Notes: a model not told the origin generated them from the sequence alone. A DNA stretch of 64,000 nt from the human T2T-CHM13v2.0 reference genome, Homo sapiens (GCF_009914755.1 NC_060946.1); one strand, 5' to 3'. Positions 1-22,550 are shown, numbered from the stretch's first letter. Made by a program: numbers and translations.

Positions 1-970
1 AGCAGAAGGGGCTGTTGCTTAGTAAACGTCATTTCCTTAAGAGGAGAAAACTTTTCAAAATAGATGGAAATTTTTTTTTTAATTAAAACTGGTGGCCAAA
101 GGGATGGAAAGCGCCCCTTGTCCTTCCCTCCTATCGTGAGCCATCCTCTGCACACCTCAAGCTGTTCGCTGCCCAGGTGTCTCCTGAGGTGCAGGGGGCA
201 GGTGAGAATCCATGAGCCCTCGGCTAGCCATGGCTCTCTGGAGCTCTGCCCCAGGCCTTCGGGGGACAGGCCGGGCAGCCTGGGGGCCACGCAAGGCAGA
301 GCCCAGCTGGGTCAGCACACAGGGCCACACCGGGCACACAGTCTCCAAGCCTCCCCTGTGGACATAGTTCTCACTGTCCCAGCCCACTAGGTCCCGGGGG
401 TCTGTCCCACAGGGTGATATGCTGTCACAGACCACTACGAGAGCCATGGCCTGCTGTTCCACTCGCAGCCAGGTAGTCACCTGCTCCACAGGGACAGGCA
501 ACGCCGCACTGGGGACTACTCTGTGGCAGGACTAGAGCTCCAGCAGCTCAGCCCTCCTGAGAGGGAGAACTCTGTGCCCTAAAGGAAGCAGACGCAGCAG
601 ACGGCACCAAAGCCACCACAAGCCTGTGGTGCCCTGCATGGCAGGTCAGGAGTCCCTGACCACTGCTCTTTGTAACCAGAGCTGCAGTGGAGCCTACAAG
701 GCAAGGACTGTGGGTGGCAGTGGCCACAGCAGCTGAATGAGTGTCCCAAGGGAGCAGGCGGCTGCGGGGAGGCACAGCCCAGGCCCAGGAGTCCTCCGGC
801 ACTGCAGCAAACTCCCTGGGCCGCCTGAGCAGCAAGCTGGTGGCAAGGGCACGAACTCCCAGGGGCACAACCTGGGAGAGTGAAACTCTCTTCATGTTCA
901 AATTCTTGAGAACATATTAAAAACATCACTCAGTCACCTACTCTATAGTTTTAACGCAAAAGTACCAAAT

Positions 971-1586
971 TAGCTATGCGCAGTGGCTCACGCCTGTAAT
1001 CCCAGCACTTTGGGGGGCTGAGGCAGGAGGATTGAGCCCAGGAGTTCCAAATGAGCCTGGGCAACATGGTGGGACCCCATCTCTACAAAAGAAGTTTTTT
1101 TAAAAAAATTACCTGGGCATGGTGGTGTGTGCCTGTAGCCCCAACTACTCAGAAGGCTGAGGCAGGAGAACCACATGAACCTGGGGGAGATCGAGGCTGC
1201 AGTAGGCTGTGATGGCACCAATGCACTCCAAGCCTGGGCAACAGAGTGAGACTCTGTCTCAAAATAAATGTAAAAAACACCAGGCCAGGTGTGGTGGCTC
1301 ACGCCTGTAATCCCAGCACTTTGGGAGGCCGAGGTGGGTGGATCACCTGAGGTCAGGAGATCGAGACCATCCTGGCTAACACAGTGAAACCCCGTCTCTA
1401 CTAAAAATACAAAAAAATTAGCCGGGCGTGGTGGCGGGCGCCTGTAGTCCCAGCTACTTGGGAGGCTGAGGCAGGAGAATGGCATGAACCCGGGAGGCGG
1501 AGCTTTCAGTGAGCAGAGATCACACCACTGCACTCTAGCCTGGGCAACAGAGTGAGACTCCGTCTCAAAAAATAAATAAATCAAAA
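971..1586 (+). mobile_element. Two tandem Alu elements (older AluJ/S-like, then AluY-like)
   Basis: Typical Alu arms and A-rich tails at ~971-1278 and 1283-1586. Confidence 0.92.
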
Positions 1587-3935
1587 GCACCAAAACTTTT
1601 TAATATAAACACTTATTATTCCATAATTCCCTTTGCATGATTAAAAATGTTTATATAAAGGTTTTTGAAAATGGTAAGAATGCCAAGTGAAGGATGCAAA
1701 TGCCCAAGCCCCCACCCAGTGACAGCTCATACAGTCTGGGCCATGGGAGGTTGGTAGGTACCACATGGACCCGGGACTTCACGGTCAAGTCCCTTTGGGG
1801 TGCACTGGGTTTCCCACACCCCAGAAATATGGGCTCTTACTGCAGGACCATGGGGGTCCTCACACTTGGCCCAGAAGCTTTCTGTCACATAGCCAGACAG
1901 GCGTTCTACAACCTGGGCTAGATTTGGGGATGGCAGAGTCAGCTCATGCTCCAGCAGAATTCAAGCCAGAGGAGGTAAGCATGGGTAAAATCTGCTCTCT
2001 GGACAGATGAGCCCTTGGGTGGCCTCAGAACAGTTACTGATCATCTACCAGACATCACACTGGAGGCAGAAGGGCACAGACGAAGACAGCCCCTGTCCTC
2101 AAGCCCACCCAGGCTGGGTGGACCATGGAAGGTTCCAGATGGGTCTGGCAAGAGAAGTGCCCACACCAGGGGCAGAAGATGGGCAGGCCTGCTCAGGGCA
2201 GCACAGCATGCCAGGCCAAAAAGTTCCAACTTCAGATGCTGGAGAATGGGCACGACCATCTGAGAAAAGGAAGGACATGATGAAAACTACTTGGAGAAAA
2301 ATTAATCTTGCCAGAGCATAAGATAAATGGGCAAAGGGGAGGTTCTAGAAAGCAAGGAGACCCAGTAAAAGCTGATATCATCAGCTCTGAATTTGATGAC
2401 AGAATCTGAATCTGCAGGGCCTGTGGGTAAAGCCTCGGAGCCCTGGGGGTCTGAGTGGAGGGGAGGGTGGGGGGCAGGCTTTCGGCTGGGCGGGGGCAGA
2501 GCTGGGGCCTGTGTCTACAGTGCTGAGAAGGAACAGGCATGGATGTCAGCTCGGAAGCTCCAGCTGAAGTGAGGAGGAGGCCAGGGCAGCACAGCCACAC
2601 CCGGATCCAGGCTCCTTTTGGGAACCAAGTTCTCTCTGGGGAAAAGTGTGGAGAAGTGGCCTTTACCCACAGAAGCAAGCCCCAGAACATGTCTTGCTCC
2701 AAAACTACCTCGTACAGTGAGGACATTAAGCTTCAGGTCCCCTAGAGGAGACAGCCTGCTCCTTCCTGGGGCAGAACCCAAGGTGGACAGAGCCTGGAGG
2801 GCACCCAGCACCCGGGCTGGCATGTTCCGGCCAGGGCCACGCGCTCGGATAGCTATTAATGCCCCGTTGAACAATTTCCTGAGAGCTTTGCCAGGCAGGT
2901 ACCGCCTCTCCATCTGGGTTAATAGAGGGGTACATCCCAGGCAAGAAATGAAAGGTGCCCACATTTTGCTCTGGGATGAACTAGGGGAGGGGAGTGATAA
3001 TTAACTCAGTAATTACATTTGCCCTCGGGCTAATGCTAAAATTAGCGTGCATTAGAGTTTCTTTCCTGAGCAGACACAGGAGGGAGCTGGGCAGCAGGAG
3101 TGGCTTGGGCAAGGTGGCACAAAGGGCACCTCCAGAGCCCTCCACAAATGTCAGCAAAACCCACAAATGTCAAGGCCGGCTCCACCGCACCCAGCAGATG
3201 AATTCACTTCCACAGCCTGAGACTGCCAGCTCATCAGGGGCTACTTAAAATCCAGCCCTCTGACACCTGTTGGATATCACCACTTACCATCCCCAGTTCA
3301 AGAGATCAAAGGGTGGAACCTGATAGGATGGCTCTGAAGTTCACCACAAAAGCGTAAACATGCAAGAAGAGCCAACACATCTTTTGAAAAGGACAGTGAG
3401 GTGGGAATTTGCACAACTGATCTCAAAATATGGTCTGATGCTTCAGAGATGGAGACAGCAGCACTCCAGTATAGGCAGTGGAGCACAGGGAAGGGTCTGG
3501 AATCAGGACCCAGGTGTCTGTGGACACTACACATAAAAGAGCAGCATTTTCAATGAATGGACAGGTTGGATCATCCCACCAAGGTGTTGGACAACTCCCT
3601 ATTCACTGGCCAGACCCCTACCTCATACCATATACAAAAAAAAATCAGAATAATGTCTGAATGTAAAACACAAAACAGTAACACTCCTGGAAGAAAATAA
3701 TGGAGAATATACTTATAATCTGGAGGTGGAGGAACAAGGGATAGGAAAAAAGCCATAAAAGATAGAGTTGTGATTACATGAAACTTCTTAATGCCTTTAA
3801 GATAATGTACCACCAGAAACAAGGATGAAGGACTAGCCAAAGACCAGCAGTGAAACGTGAAACAAACAGAACAAAGAATTAAAGTCCACACCAAATAAAG
3901 ACCTCCCACAAATCAATGAGAAAAAGACAAACAGT

Positions 3936-7711
<3,776 letters not shown>

Positions 7712-8554
7712 TGGGCTCTGCTCTTAACGCAGGGCTCTAGGCCCCCTCGGGGGCAACCAGCACAGAGCTCAGACCCCAAATACCTTCACCCACCTCCTGG
7801 TCCCCATCTGGACAAGGGTGCTGGGGACTGGCTCTCAGTCACACCCTCAGGGTACTCTTCAAAGGACAGCTGGGGCCCCAGGGCATGAGCTTTTGGCCCC
7901 CAGCTCCCTTACCCCAGACAACAGCTCTTGGGACCCCACCAGCACCGGCAAGGTGGACACCATCGTCCCAATTTTGCAGATGAGGAAACTCAGGCTGAGG
8001 GCCGGCACACAGCTCTCCAGAGCTGAAGAGAATGCAGAGAGCAGCTGGAGCCAGCCAGTGGGTCCCTGGCGCCAGCTCGTAGCAAGCCACAGCCGCCTCC
8101 GCCCTTCATGCTTGGGTTGCGCTGCCCCAGGACAGCCTTCCAGGGTGGCCTGGCATGGAGCCCAGACCCTGCTGCTTCCTGAACAAATAAGTGAACGAGG
8201 CCACCAAGCCAAGGGGCTGGATGCAGCCCCAGCTCCTGCCAGGGCCTCCCCAACAGACTCCCTGTTTGGAGAGCGCATTGTCTCCAAGGCCTCAAACCAC
8301 AAATGTCCGGCTGTCTCACAGCTTCTGTAACCTGAACTTGGCCCTCACTCTGCCCTCCCAGGGCTCCTCTCAGGGCCCAGGCCCCTCCTCTCAGAGGCCA
8401 ACACTGACTACCCAGCTCATTCTCATCACCTGGCTCATTCCTGAACCTCACTCAGCAGGAGAGTCTCAGGCCAGATCCTCCCACCAGCCACCTCCACCAG
8501 GACGCATGAGCCCTGTTCATGCTGGCTGGGAGACACAACCAACCAATATCAATC

Positions 8555-9285
<731 letters not shown>

Positions 9286-11699
9286 GATCAACTTGACACT
9301 TTTCACCTAGGAAAGGTCTGGCTTCAGCTTTCATTTCCTATCAGTCCTGCCTAAAGCCTTCCAGTAGCTTCCACTGCCTTCTGGATCACAGTGAGACTCC
9401 ACAGCATGATCTGGCCTCTAAGGACCTCTCACAGGACGCCCCGAGGGTGAAGGAGCACCCCTGGGCCCATCTCTGCATAGCTGCACAGCTTGTTTCCCTT
9501 CCTCCCCTCTACACGGGAAGCCCTGCCTACAGCGGAGGGGCCTTATTTGCCATTCTATCACATTCAACCCCAGCACTTCACACAGTAGCAGACACCAAAG
9601 CGAAACAGCAACAGCATTACACTGGGCCAGGTGCACGTTCACTCACTGAATTCATGGTAGGAAGGATTCTTATCCCCATTTTACAGCTGAGAAAACTGAG
9701 GCACACAAAGGTAGCGTCAGCTTCTCAAGCTTCCCAGCACAGCAAGCGGCCAGGCTGGGATCAGACTCTGGACACAGGGGCTCTGTCCACAGTGCTAACT
9801 ACTCCTGCCCCGCAGGGCTGCAGCAGTGAGTGAGTGAGGTGGTCAGTGGACTGGATGTCCAAGGTCACACAGACTATTGTAATAACAGCCTCTAGACCGG
9901 CCAGGGCCAGAAAGATCAAGGACTCCTACATACAACTGCCACTGCAGCACTGCCGCTGCCAGTCCCCAGCCTGGGCCAGGGATGGGGCTAAAGGTCTCAC
10001 ACAGGGCACTAAGGGCTTCCCAAGGCCTGGGAGAGAAGCGAGGCAAGATGACAGAAACTAGGTATGGTGCCCAAAGTCAAACAGCTACTGAGCATGTAAA
10101 TCCAGGTGGGTCTGACCCCAAAACCCCCTATCAGCCCTGCAACCCGTTGCTGCAAGGGAGAAAGCAACTCGGAGGCCTCACCTGCCTGCACCCTCACCCC
10201 CCAACTCTGTGTGTGAGTTCTACTAAATGCCTGAGCAGTGACACAGTGCCGCTGAAATTAAACGGATTCCAAAAACGACAGGAAGCACGAGGTGGATCTC
10301 CCCAGAAAAGTGCTGAACAAATGTTGGCTCGGGTTCACCCGGGAATTTCTTGGAACTGAACAAGGGAAGTTCAACGCCAAGGGGCCCTGCTTTAGAGGGG
10401 ACTCTCTCAGGGTGCCCCACACAGCCCTTAGTTAACCCCACTCAGCCCTGCTGGCCTTGGCCTTGGGCATCTACAGGAGGAAACTCCAGGGTGAAAGGGG
10501 GTGCCTAGACAGGCGGGTCCTGGAATAAGCACTTGGGCCCCGAGGAGAGAGGCCTAGGGCTTGGAAGCTGGGGAGGTTCTCAGCACTGGGACCACTAGAA
10601 CAAAGCCATTTCCGTGGGTTCACAGCTTCCAATTGCAACAGGAAGCAATCAGGAAAAATAATTAGCTGCCCACTTACTGGCTTCGCTGAAGTCCGAGGCA
10701 TGTATCTCACACAGAAAATCAGGGACATAACATCAAAACCGTTCCTCCTTTTCCTTTTATTTTAGGACTGGATCACCACATTTGCTGGGGCTCCCAGGCC
10801 TTGCTGCCTAATGTTAAAATAATCAACTCTATTTTTGCCTCACATACAACTGAACTCCACAGCTGTAGTTCTTTCTCCTTAGGGGCTCCAACCACATGAA
10901 CGACAGACATTTGATTCCAGCAACATCACCTAAAACGTGCACAAAACCCAAACTGCAATGAGGTGAAAGGCAAACGTGGTCAGCCTAGAAACTCCCCCTT
11001 TAAAACAAACAGCTTCCTCAAAACCCCTTTTGCCTCCTTGACCCACGCATTTCCGGAAAAAGGAACGGTGCTGGCCTGTACTCCCCAGATACTGTCGCTG
11101 TTTTGTCTTCACCTTGTTTTGCTAGCTCCCGACAAGGCCCCAAAATGTAAACACGCTCCTGAGAGAGGCAAATTTGGGGTGAAACTGTCCACAGAATCTC
11201 TAGGTTTGGGTCAGAGGTAGGAGGACTTGAAACAAAGGCCAAGCTCCTCCTGTTCCCCGCTGCCCCCTACACCTCCAGAAGAGAGGCTGCAGCCCAGGGG
11301 AACAGACTACACGGCCACCCCCCTGCACCATCCACACTGGAAATATTCAAGGAGACAGCTGTTTGCCTTAAGGAGGCACAGACAAAGGGGCCCAAGATCC
11401 TCCCAGCTAAACTGCCACAAACAGAACAGGAGCCCAGGCGTGCACAGGCACTTGCGGGCCGTGCCACTTGGCTGGCCATACTCCAGAAAAGCAAAACACG
11501 CACATCCGAAGAGAATGATTTAGGCAGCAAGAGGCTTGCTTCAAAAACCACATGGCCATCTCCAAATTAAAAGAACATGTGTAGCGTTTCACAAACTGCT
11601 TAAGTGTCCTGAGTCCTCCTGACCTCAACTCCACCCCTTGGGAAACACCAAAAGTTGGAGACAAAGTTGCCCGGCCTTACTCTCTCCCCACGGGAGAGT

Positions 11700-12900
11700 A
11701 CAACTGAGGCACGAACCTGCCTCCCCTACTGTCCCGCGCTCTGGGACCATGTCACCACCCCCCCCCCCCCCCCCCCGGGCAGCCGACCCGGGGAGGGACA
11801 CCATCTGGGACCCCGGCGGCCACAAGGGGCATTCGGGTCGCCCCGGCACCTGGCATGTGTCAGTCCGCTTGGAAACCCACAGCCACGGCTCACAGGGGCA
11901 GCGCCACCGGCCAGGCAGCCCCGCACCCGGGCTCAGAACTTTCTCGCTGCAACCTCAGCCGGTCCTCGGAGCACACGGGCCGGCCGCGCGGCCGCTGGAA
12001 ACAGAGTCGCGAACCGGCTCCCCGGGCCAGGCCCGCCTCCGGGCCCCAAGTCCCAACTTGGTGCCCGGCCCGGGCCACACGGGCCCAGCGCGGGCTCGGC
12101 TCCTGGCTTCCTACGGGCGCGGGCAGGTGAGGACCGGCCGGCGCCGCCCGCGCGCCCTCCTCACCGGCCCGGGACGCGGCGTCCCCGGGGATGGCCCGGG
12201 CAGGGACGGCGGGGGGATCCCCGGTGCGCGCCCCAACTCGCCCCCAACTCGCTTCCAAGGCGGCGGTGGCGCCCGTGCACTTGGTCGCGGGGCCGCCCGG
12301 GCCATTGTACTAGCAGCCCGCGGTCCCGGGTCGGCCCGCGCCCACCTACCTGCGGCGGGGGCCGGGCAGCCGCACAGCGCCAGCAGCAGCGGCCACGGCG
12401 GCCCGGGCAGTGCAGCCTCCATGTTGTCCAGCGGCCGGACGGGCTGGCGCCGCGCTCACTCGGGCTCCACAGCGCGGCGGCGGCGGCTGCGGCGGCTCCT
12501 CGCGCGTGTCCCTGCATCTTCGTCTTCCCCGTTGGGCGCCGCGGACCAGGACGACTGGGAGGAGGGAGCAGGGCGCGCGTGAGCGGAAGCAGCGCCGCGT
12601 CTCCGCCCCCCGCTGACGCAGCCGCCCGCGCCCCAGGGAGCCGGCCGGCGGCCGGGCGGGCCCCACGGCCCCAGCGGCCCGGGTCCCCGCGGCCTCTCCC
12701 CGCGCTCCTCGCCCTGCCCTGGGGGCGCCGCCGGGAGGCTCGGCGCGGGGCTGGGGCGCGGGGTTTCCGCCCCGCGGGGCCCGGGGGCAGATCTGGGCCA
12801 GGAGCCCGGTGTGTTACCTGTGGAGCCTCTATGAGTGGGGAAACTGAGGCACGGGGCGGGGCTGCCCAAGGGCACACAGCGAGGCAGTTTCAGGGCAGGA
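11700..12900. promoter_or_regulatory. CpG island / GC-box promoter of LRP5L (LRP5 promoter paralog)
   Basis: Very high GC and CpG density, GC boxes, a GCG-rich run at ~12473-12495 in the 5'UTR, and a C19 run at 11758-11776. Confidence 0.85.
12350..12422 (-). pseudogene. LRP5L: LRP5 exon-1 coding paralog (73 nt; signal peptide with 3 instead of 9 tandem Leu)
   Basis: ATG at 12422-12420 (context GACAACATGG). The exon ends GCC GCA G|GTAGGTGGG with the donor GT at 12349-12348. At 73 nt it is 18 nt shorter than the 91-nt coding part of LRP5 exon 1. Confidence 0.92.
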
Positions 12901-14129
12901 AGCCTGGGGTCCCATGGTGCGGCCCTGACACTTGTTCTCACCTGTGGAGGGCAGAGGAGGGGACAGGGAGAGAACTGCATGAAGCTGGCCAGCTGGGAGT
13001 GGAGGTGGGTTTGAATTTTTACTTTAAACTAAATGTGTACTCTCTACCTTAATTATGAATTATGAGACACGAAGACTGCGAAACAGACACGCTCCTCTAA
13101 AAGTGCCTCTAGGCTGACAGGGGAAAAGTCCCGCCAGGCTTCCAGACGCCACCTTTGAGTCCTTCAACAAGCAGGCCAAGGCCTCTTGCCCACCGGTGTC
13201 AGCTCAGCCACTGAACCCTCGAGGAAGAAGAGGTGCTCGAAGGGGAAGAATCTCACCCAGGCACAGCCTGGAAGGGGCACAGAAGGGGCTCTGGAACCAG
13301 CAAGCCCAAGTTCAAACTCCCGATCTGCTACTTTCTAGAACGACTGTGCCCTTGGCGGGTCTAAATAGAACCTCTCCGGGCACTCCTTCCTCCCTTGTAA
13401 AGTGGGAACAGCAATGGCCACCTTGCAGGTTCAGAGAGGGCTTGCAATACCTCACAGAACTGGGTGCCCGCGAACGTGTGCGTTCCTCCAGATTTGTGAC
13501 AAATTTGCCAGGCTGGCGTGAGGCTGAACGCCTCTGCCCTCATGGGGTTTAAATTCTAGGAAGGGAGACCGACAAAAACAAGAAGACAAAATTAAAACAA
13601 CAAAAGGCCCATTGACAGAACATGAAGAATGTCATGAAAAATGAAGGGTGTTGGGCTGCAGTGTTGGGAAACTCTGGCTTAGGGAAGGAAGGACACTTGA
13701 GCTGCCACCAAGGAGCAGCTGTCCGGCAGAAGGGCAGTTCAGGAAGAGCACACATCAATAGAGGAGGCCCTGCGGCAGGGGCCAGCGTGGTCAATGGACT
13801 GGGAGGAGGAACCACATCAGGCCACGAGCTGGAGCTGAGGGGTGGAAGGTGGAGCTGGGGGAAGGAAGAGGCCAGCTGGGGCCAGCACATGTCAGACCTC
13901 AGGCAGGGAAGAGGAATTGATAATGTACCCCACCAGCAATGGGAAGACAGGCTAGGATTTAAGCAGCAAAAATCCTTTCCCTTCTTGCACCCTGTGTCCA
14001 CCTCTACCTCGACCCCCTTCCGCCTGACCTCATGGCAGCCAGGGAAGCTCCAGGGTTTGTGAGGGCCGCCATCTCAGGAGAGAAACAAGGGTCTCGGGCA
14101 CCTTCAGGGCCGGCTCCAGCCACACTTAT

Positions 14130-17840
<3,711 letters not shown>

Positions 17841-18213
17841 TATACCTTACTTTTAAAGCGCTGCATTCATGTAAATTGTGATTAACATGGATTCAAGAGA
17901 GGGAGTGAGGACAAATGAGCTAGGCACTCACCTCAGCTGTCATCCTCCACTTCTCTCCTCCTTCTGACAGTCATTGTCCATCCCTGTTTCTGTAGCCATT
18001 TCTTTGACCCTCCTGATCATTTGGCTGGTCACAGTAACTTGCCTCCTGGGAGAGAATGCCCTGGGCAGACCCTCATGAGTGGTGAAAAATAATCTGCAGT
18101 GAAAAATAAAACTGCTAAGAAGTTCGGTCCACTGAACAGTCTTATTTTTTCACTGCAGTTGAAGGAGTTGACATTCAGGTTTCATTTTCATTTTTAAGTG
18201 CTTTAAAGACACC

Positions 18214-19323
<1,110 letters not shown>

Positions 19324-19392
19324 GCACCTAATCTTCACAAACCCCTATTACAGAAAAGGAAACTGAGGTCAGAAAGGTATGGGCTTGCCCAG

Positions 19393-19901
19393 TGTGTTAG
19401 GCCATTCTTGTATTACTACAAAGAAATACCTGAGGCCGGGCATGGAGGCTGACACCTATAATCCTAAGCACTTTGGGAGACCAAGGGTCACTTGAGGTCA
19501 GGAGTTCAAGACCAGCCTGGACAACATGGTGAAACCACATCTCTAATAAAAATACGACAATTAGCCAGGCATGGTGGCATGCACCTATAGTCCCAGCTAC
19601 TCAGGAGGCTGAGGCAGGAGAATCACTTGAGCCCAGGAGGAGGAGGTTGTAGTGAGCCGAGATTGTGCCACTGCACTTCAGCCTGGGCAACAGGAGAGAA
19701 ACCCTGTCTCTAAATAAGTAAATAAATAAATAAATACCTGAGACTGGGTAATTTATAAAGAAAGGGGTTAACTGGCTCACAGTTCTGCAAGCTGTACAAA
19801 CATGGTGCCGGCATCTGCTTGGTTTCTGGGAAGGCTTCACGGAGCTTTTACACATCGTGGAAGGCAAAGCCAGAGCAGGTGCATCACACAGCAAAAGCAG
19901 G

Positions 19902-19954
<53 letters not shown>

Positions 19955-21413
19955 AGGGAGGTGCACACACTTTTAAATGAGCAGATCTCATAAGAACTCA
20001 TTATTGCAAGGACAGCACCAAGCCACGAGGGATCTGCCCCCATGACCCAAACCTCCCACCAGGCCCCACCCCCAACATTGGGAATTATAGTTCAACATGA
20101 GGTTTTGGGGGACAAATATCCAAACTTTATCATTCCACCACGGCCCCCCAGATCTCATGCTCTTTGCACATTGCAAAATATAGTCATGCCTTCCCAAGAG
20201 ACCCCCAAAGTCTTAACTCATTCCAGCATTAACTCAAAAGTCCCAATCCCAAGTCCAAGTCCAACGTCTCATCTGAAGATGAGTTCCTTTCACCTATAAG
20301 CCTGTAAAAATGAAAACAAGTTATTTACTCCTGAGATACAATGGGGGCATAGGCATTAGGTAAACATTCCTGTTCCAAAAGGGAGAAATCAGTCAAAAGA
20401 AAGGGGTTATAGGTCCCAAGCAAGTCCAAAACCCAGCCGGGTAATCATTCAATCTTAAGGCTCCAAAATAATCTCCTTTAACTCCATGTCCCAAAATCAG
20501 GGCACACTGGTGCAAGGGGTGGGCTCCCAAGGCTTTGGGCAGCTCTGTTCCTGTGGCTTTGCAGAATTCAGCCCACACAGCTGCTCTTACAGATTGGAGA
20601 TGAGGGCCTGCCTCTTTTCTAGGTGCAGGGTGCAAGCTGCTGGTGATCTACCATTCTGGGGTCTGCATGGTGGGAGCCCCCTTCCTGCAGCTCCACTAGG
20701 CATTGCCCCAGTGGGGACTCTGTGTGGGGCATTCAACCCCACATTTTCCCTCCAATGTGAGGGCTCTGCCCCTGCAGCAGCCTTCTTCCTGGGCTCCCAG
20801 GCTTTCTCATACAATCTAAGTGGAGGCTGCCAAGCCTTCTACAGTCTTGCATTCTGCATACCTACAGGCTTAACACCACATGGAAGCTGCCAAGGCTTAT
20901 GGCTTCAACCCTCTGAAATAGCAGCCTGAGCTGTGTCTAGGGTCCTCTAAGCAAAGGGTGGAGCTGGAACAGCCTAGATGCAGGCAGGGAGCAGTGTCCT
21001 GAGGCTGTGCAGGGCAGTAGGGCCCTGGGCCTTGACAATGAAACCATTCTTTCCTCCTAGGCCTCTGAGCCTGTGATGGGAGGGTTGTTGAAGATCTCTG
21101 AAATGGCTCTGAGGCCTATTTCCTATTGTGTCGATTATTAGCACTGCATCAGTTATTAGCACTTGGTTCCCTTTTAGTTATGCAAATCTCTCTAACAAGT
21201 GGTTACTCCCCAGCCTGCTTGAGCTCCTCTCCTGAAAAAGCTTTTTCTTTCTTTCTCACATGGCCAGCCTGCAAATTTCCCAAATTTTTATGCTCTGCTT
21301 TACCTTTAAATATAACTTCTAACTTTAATTCATTTATTTCTTCCTGCAATGGACCATAAGGAGTTAGAAGCAGCCAGGCCACATCTTGAATGCTTTGCTG
21401 CTTAGAAATTTCT
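19393..21413 (-). mobile_element. MaLR MST-type element: LTR (19393-20132, with a nested Alu and (GA)n) plus internal sequence, truncated at ~21413
   Basis: MST LTR motifs (AATACCTGAGACTGGGTAATTTATAAAGAAAGG...GGGGACAAATATCCAAACTTTATCA) followed by MST-int motifs. The nested Alu is flanked by the TSD AAATACCTGAG. Confidence 0.85.
19905..19953. repeat. (GA)n microsatellite
   Basis: About 24 GA units read directly. Confidence 0.95.
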
Positions 21414-21868
<455 letters not shown>

Positions 21869-22550
21869 CCTCTTTACCCTGAATACAAGAGACCCTAATA
21901 GGTAGGCAGGAGTATCATTGCCCCTATTCAGCATGAAGAAGTTACAGAAGACGGACCTTCATCCTTCTGCAACCCCTAGGATTAAGGGTCCTCTTGTAAA
22001 AGGGAAAGGGGAGATACGTAGGAAGCATTCAAACCAGGCGACTCCATTTTGAATACGGGCTAAGAAAAATGAAGCTGGATCACCAACTGGCAATTAAGGG
22101 CTGCACAGCCTACAATTGCCTTGCTCAATTAATTTTAAAAAGAGGCCACCTCATGCTAATAGTGATAGCTGTGGTGGTTTTTACAAAAAAGAGAAGGGGG
22201 GTATGTTGGGAGAAAAGCTGAGTGTTGGGAGAGAAGCTGAGGCAGGGCTTGCATGTCTGTTAGACATGCTGGCTCCTTGCTTCTAGCACTCCCATTATTT
22301 CAAGCAGCCATATGTTTCTCATTCACTCGATACACTGTTTCCTTTCAACTCCCACATCCTCACCACCTGTTTGTTTGTTTGAACACCAATAAATAGAGTG
22401 GATTCCCAGAGCTCAAGGCCTTCGCAGCCTCCACCCTCGTGACGCCCTCTGGTCCCACTCTGTCTCTCAAACTGTCTTTTTCTCATTCCTTTGTCTCCTC
22501 TGGACTTCGTCGCCCCCCACGACCTGGTGTTGGTTGTGATCACCCCAATA
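21869..22550 (+). mobile_element. ERV 3' remnant: internal fragment, polypurine tract (22185-22201) and LTR14A-like (HERV-K14/HML-1) LTR at 22204-22550
   Basis: LTR begins TGTTGGGAGAAAAGCTGAGTGTTGGGAGAGAAGCTGAGGCAGGGCTTGCATG, has AATAAA at 22388-22393 and ends GATCACCCCAATA (~347 bp). Family assignment is from recalled consensus. Confidence 0.75.

Noticed and set aside
988-1593. Many 60-200 aa ORFs with [16 protein letters not shown] / [11 protein letters not shown] motifs, here and throughout the window
   Set aside because: Translations of Alu elements, not genes.
11638-13052. Long ORFs (314, 465, 238 aa) over the LRP5L CpG island
   Set aside because: Low-complexity Pro/Arg/Gly/Ala translations typical of stop-poor GC-rich DNA, with no domain. 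Only the short LRP5 exon-1 frame is homologous to a protein.
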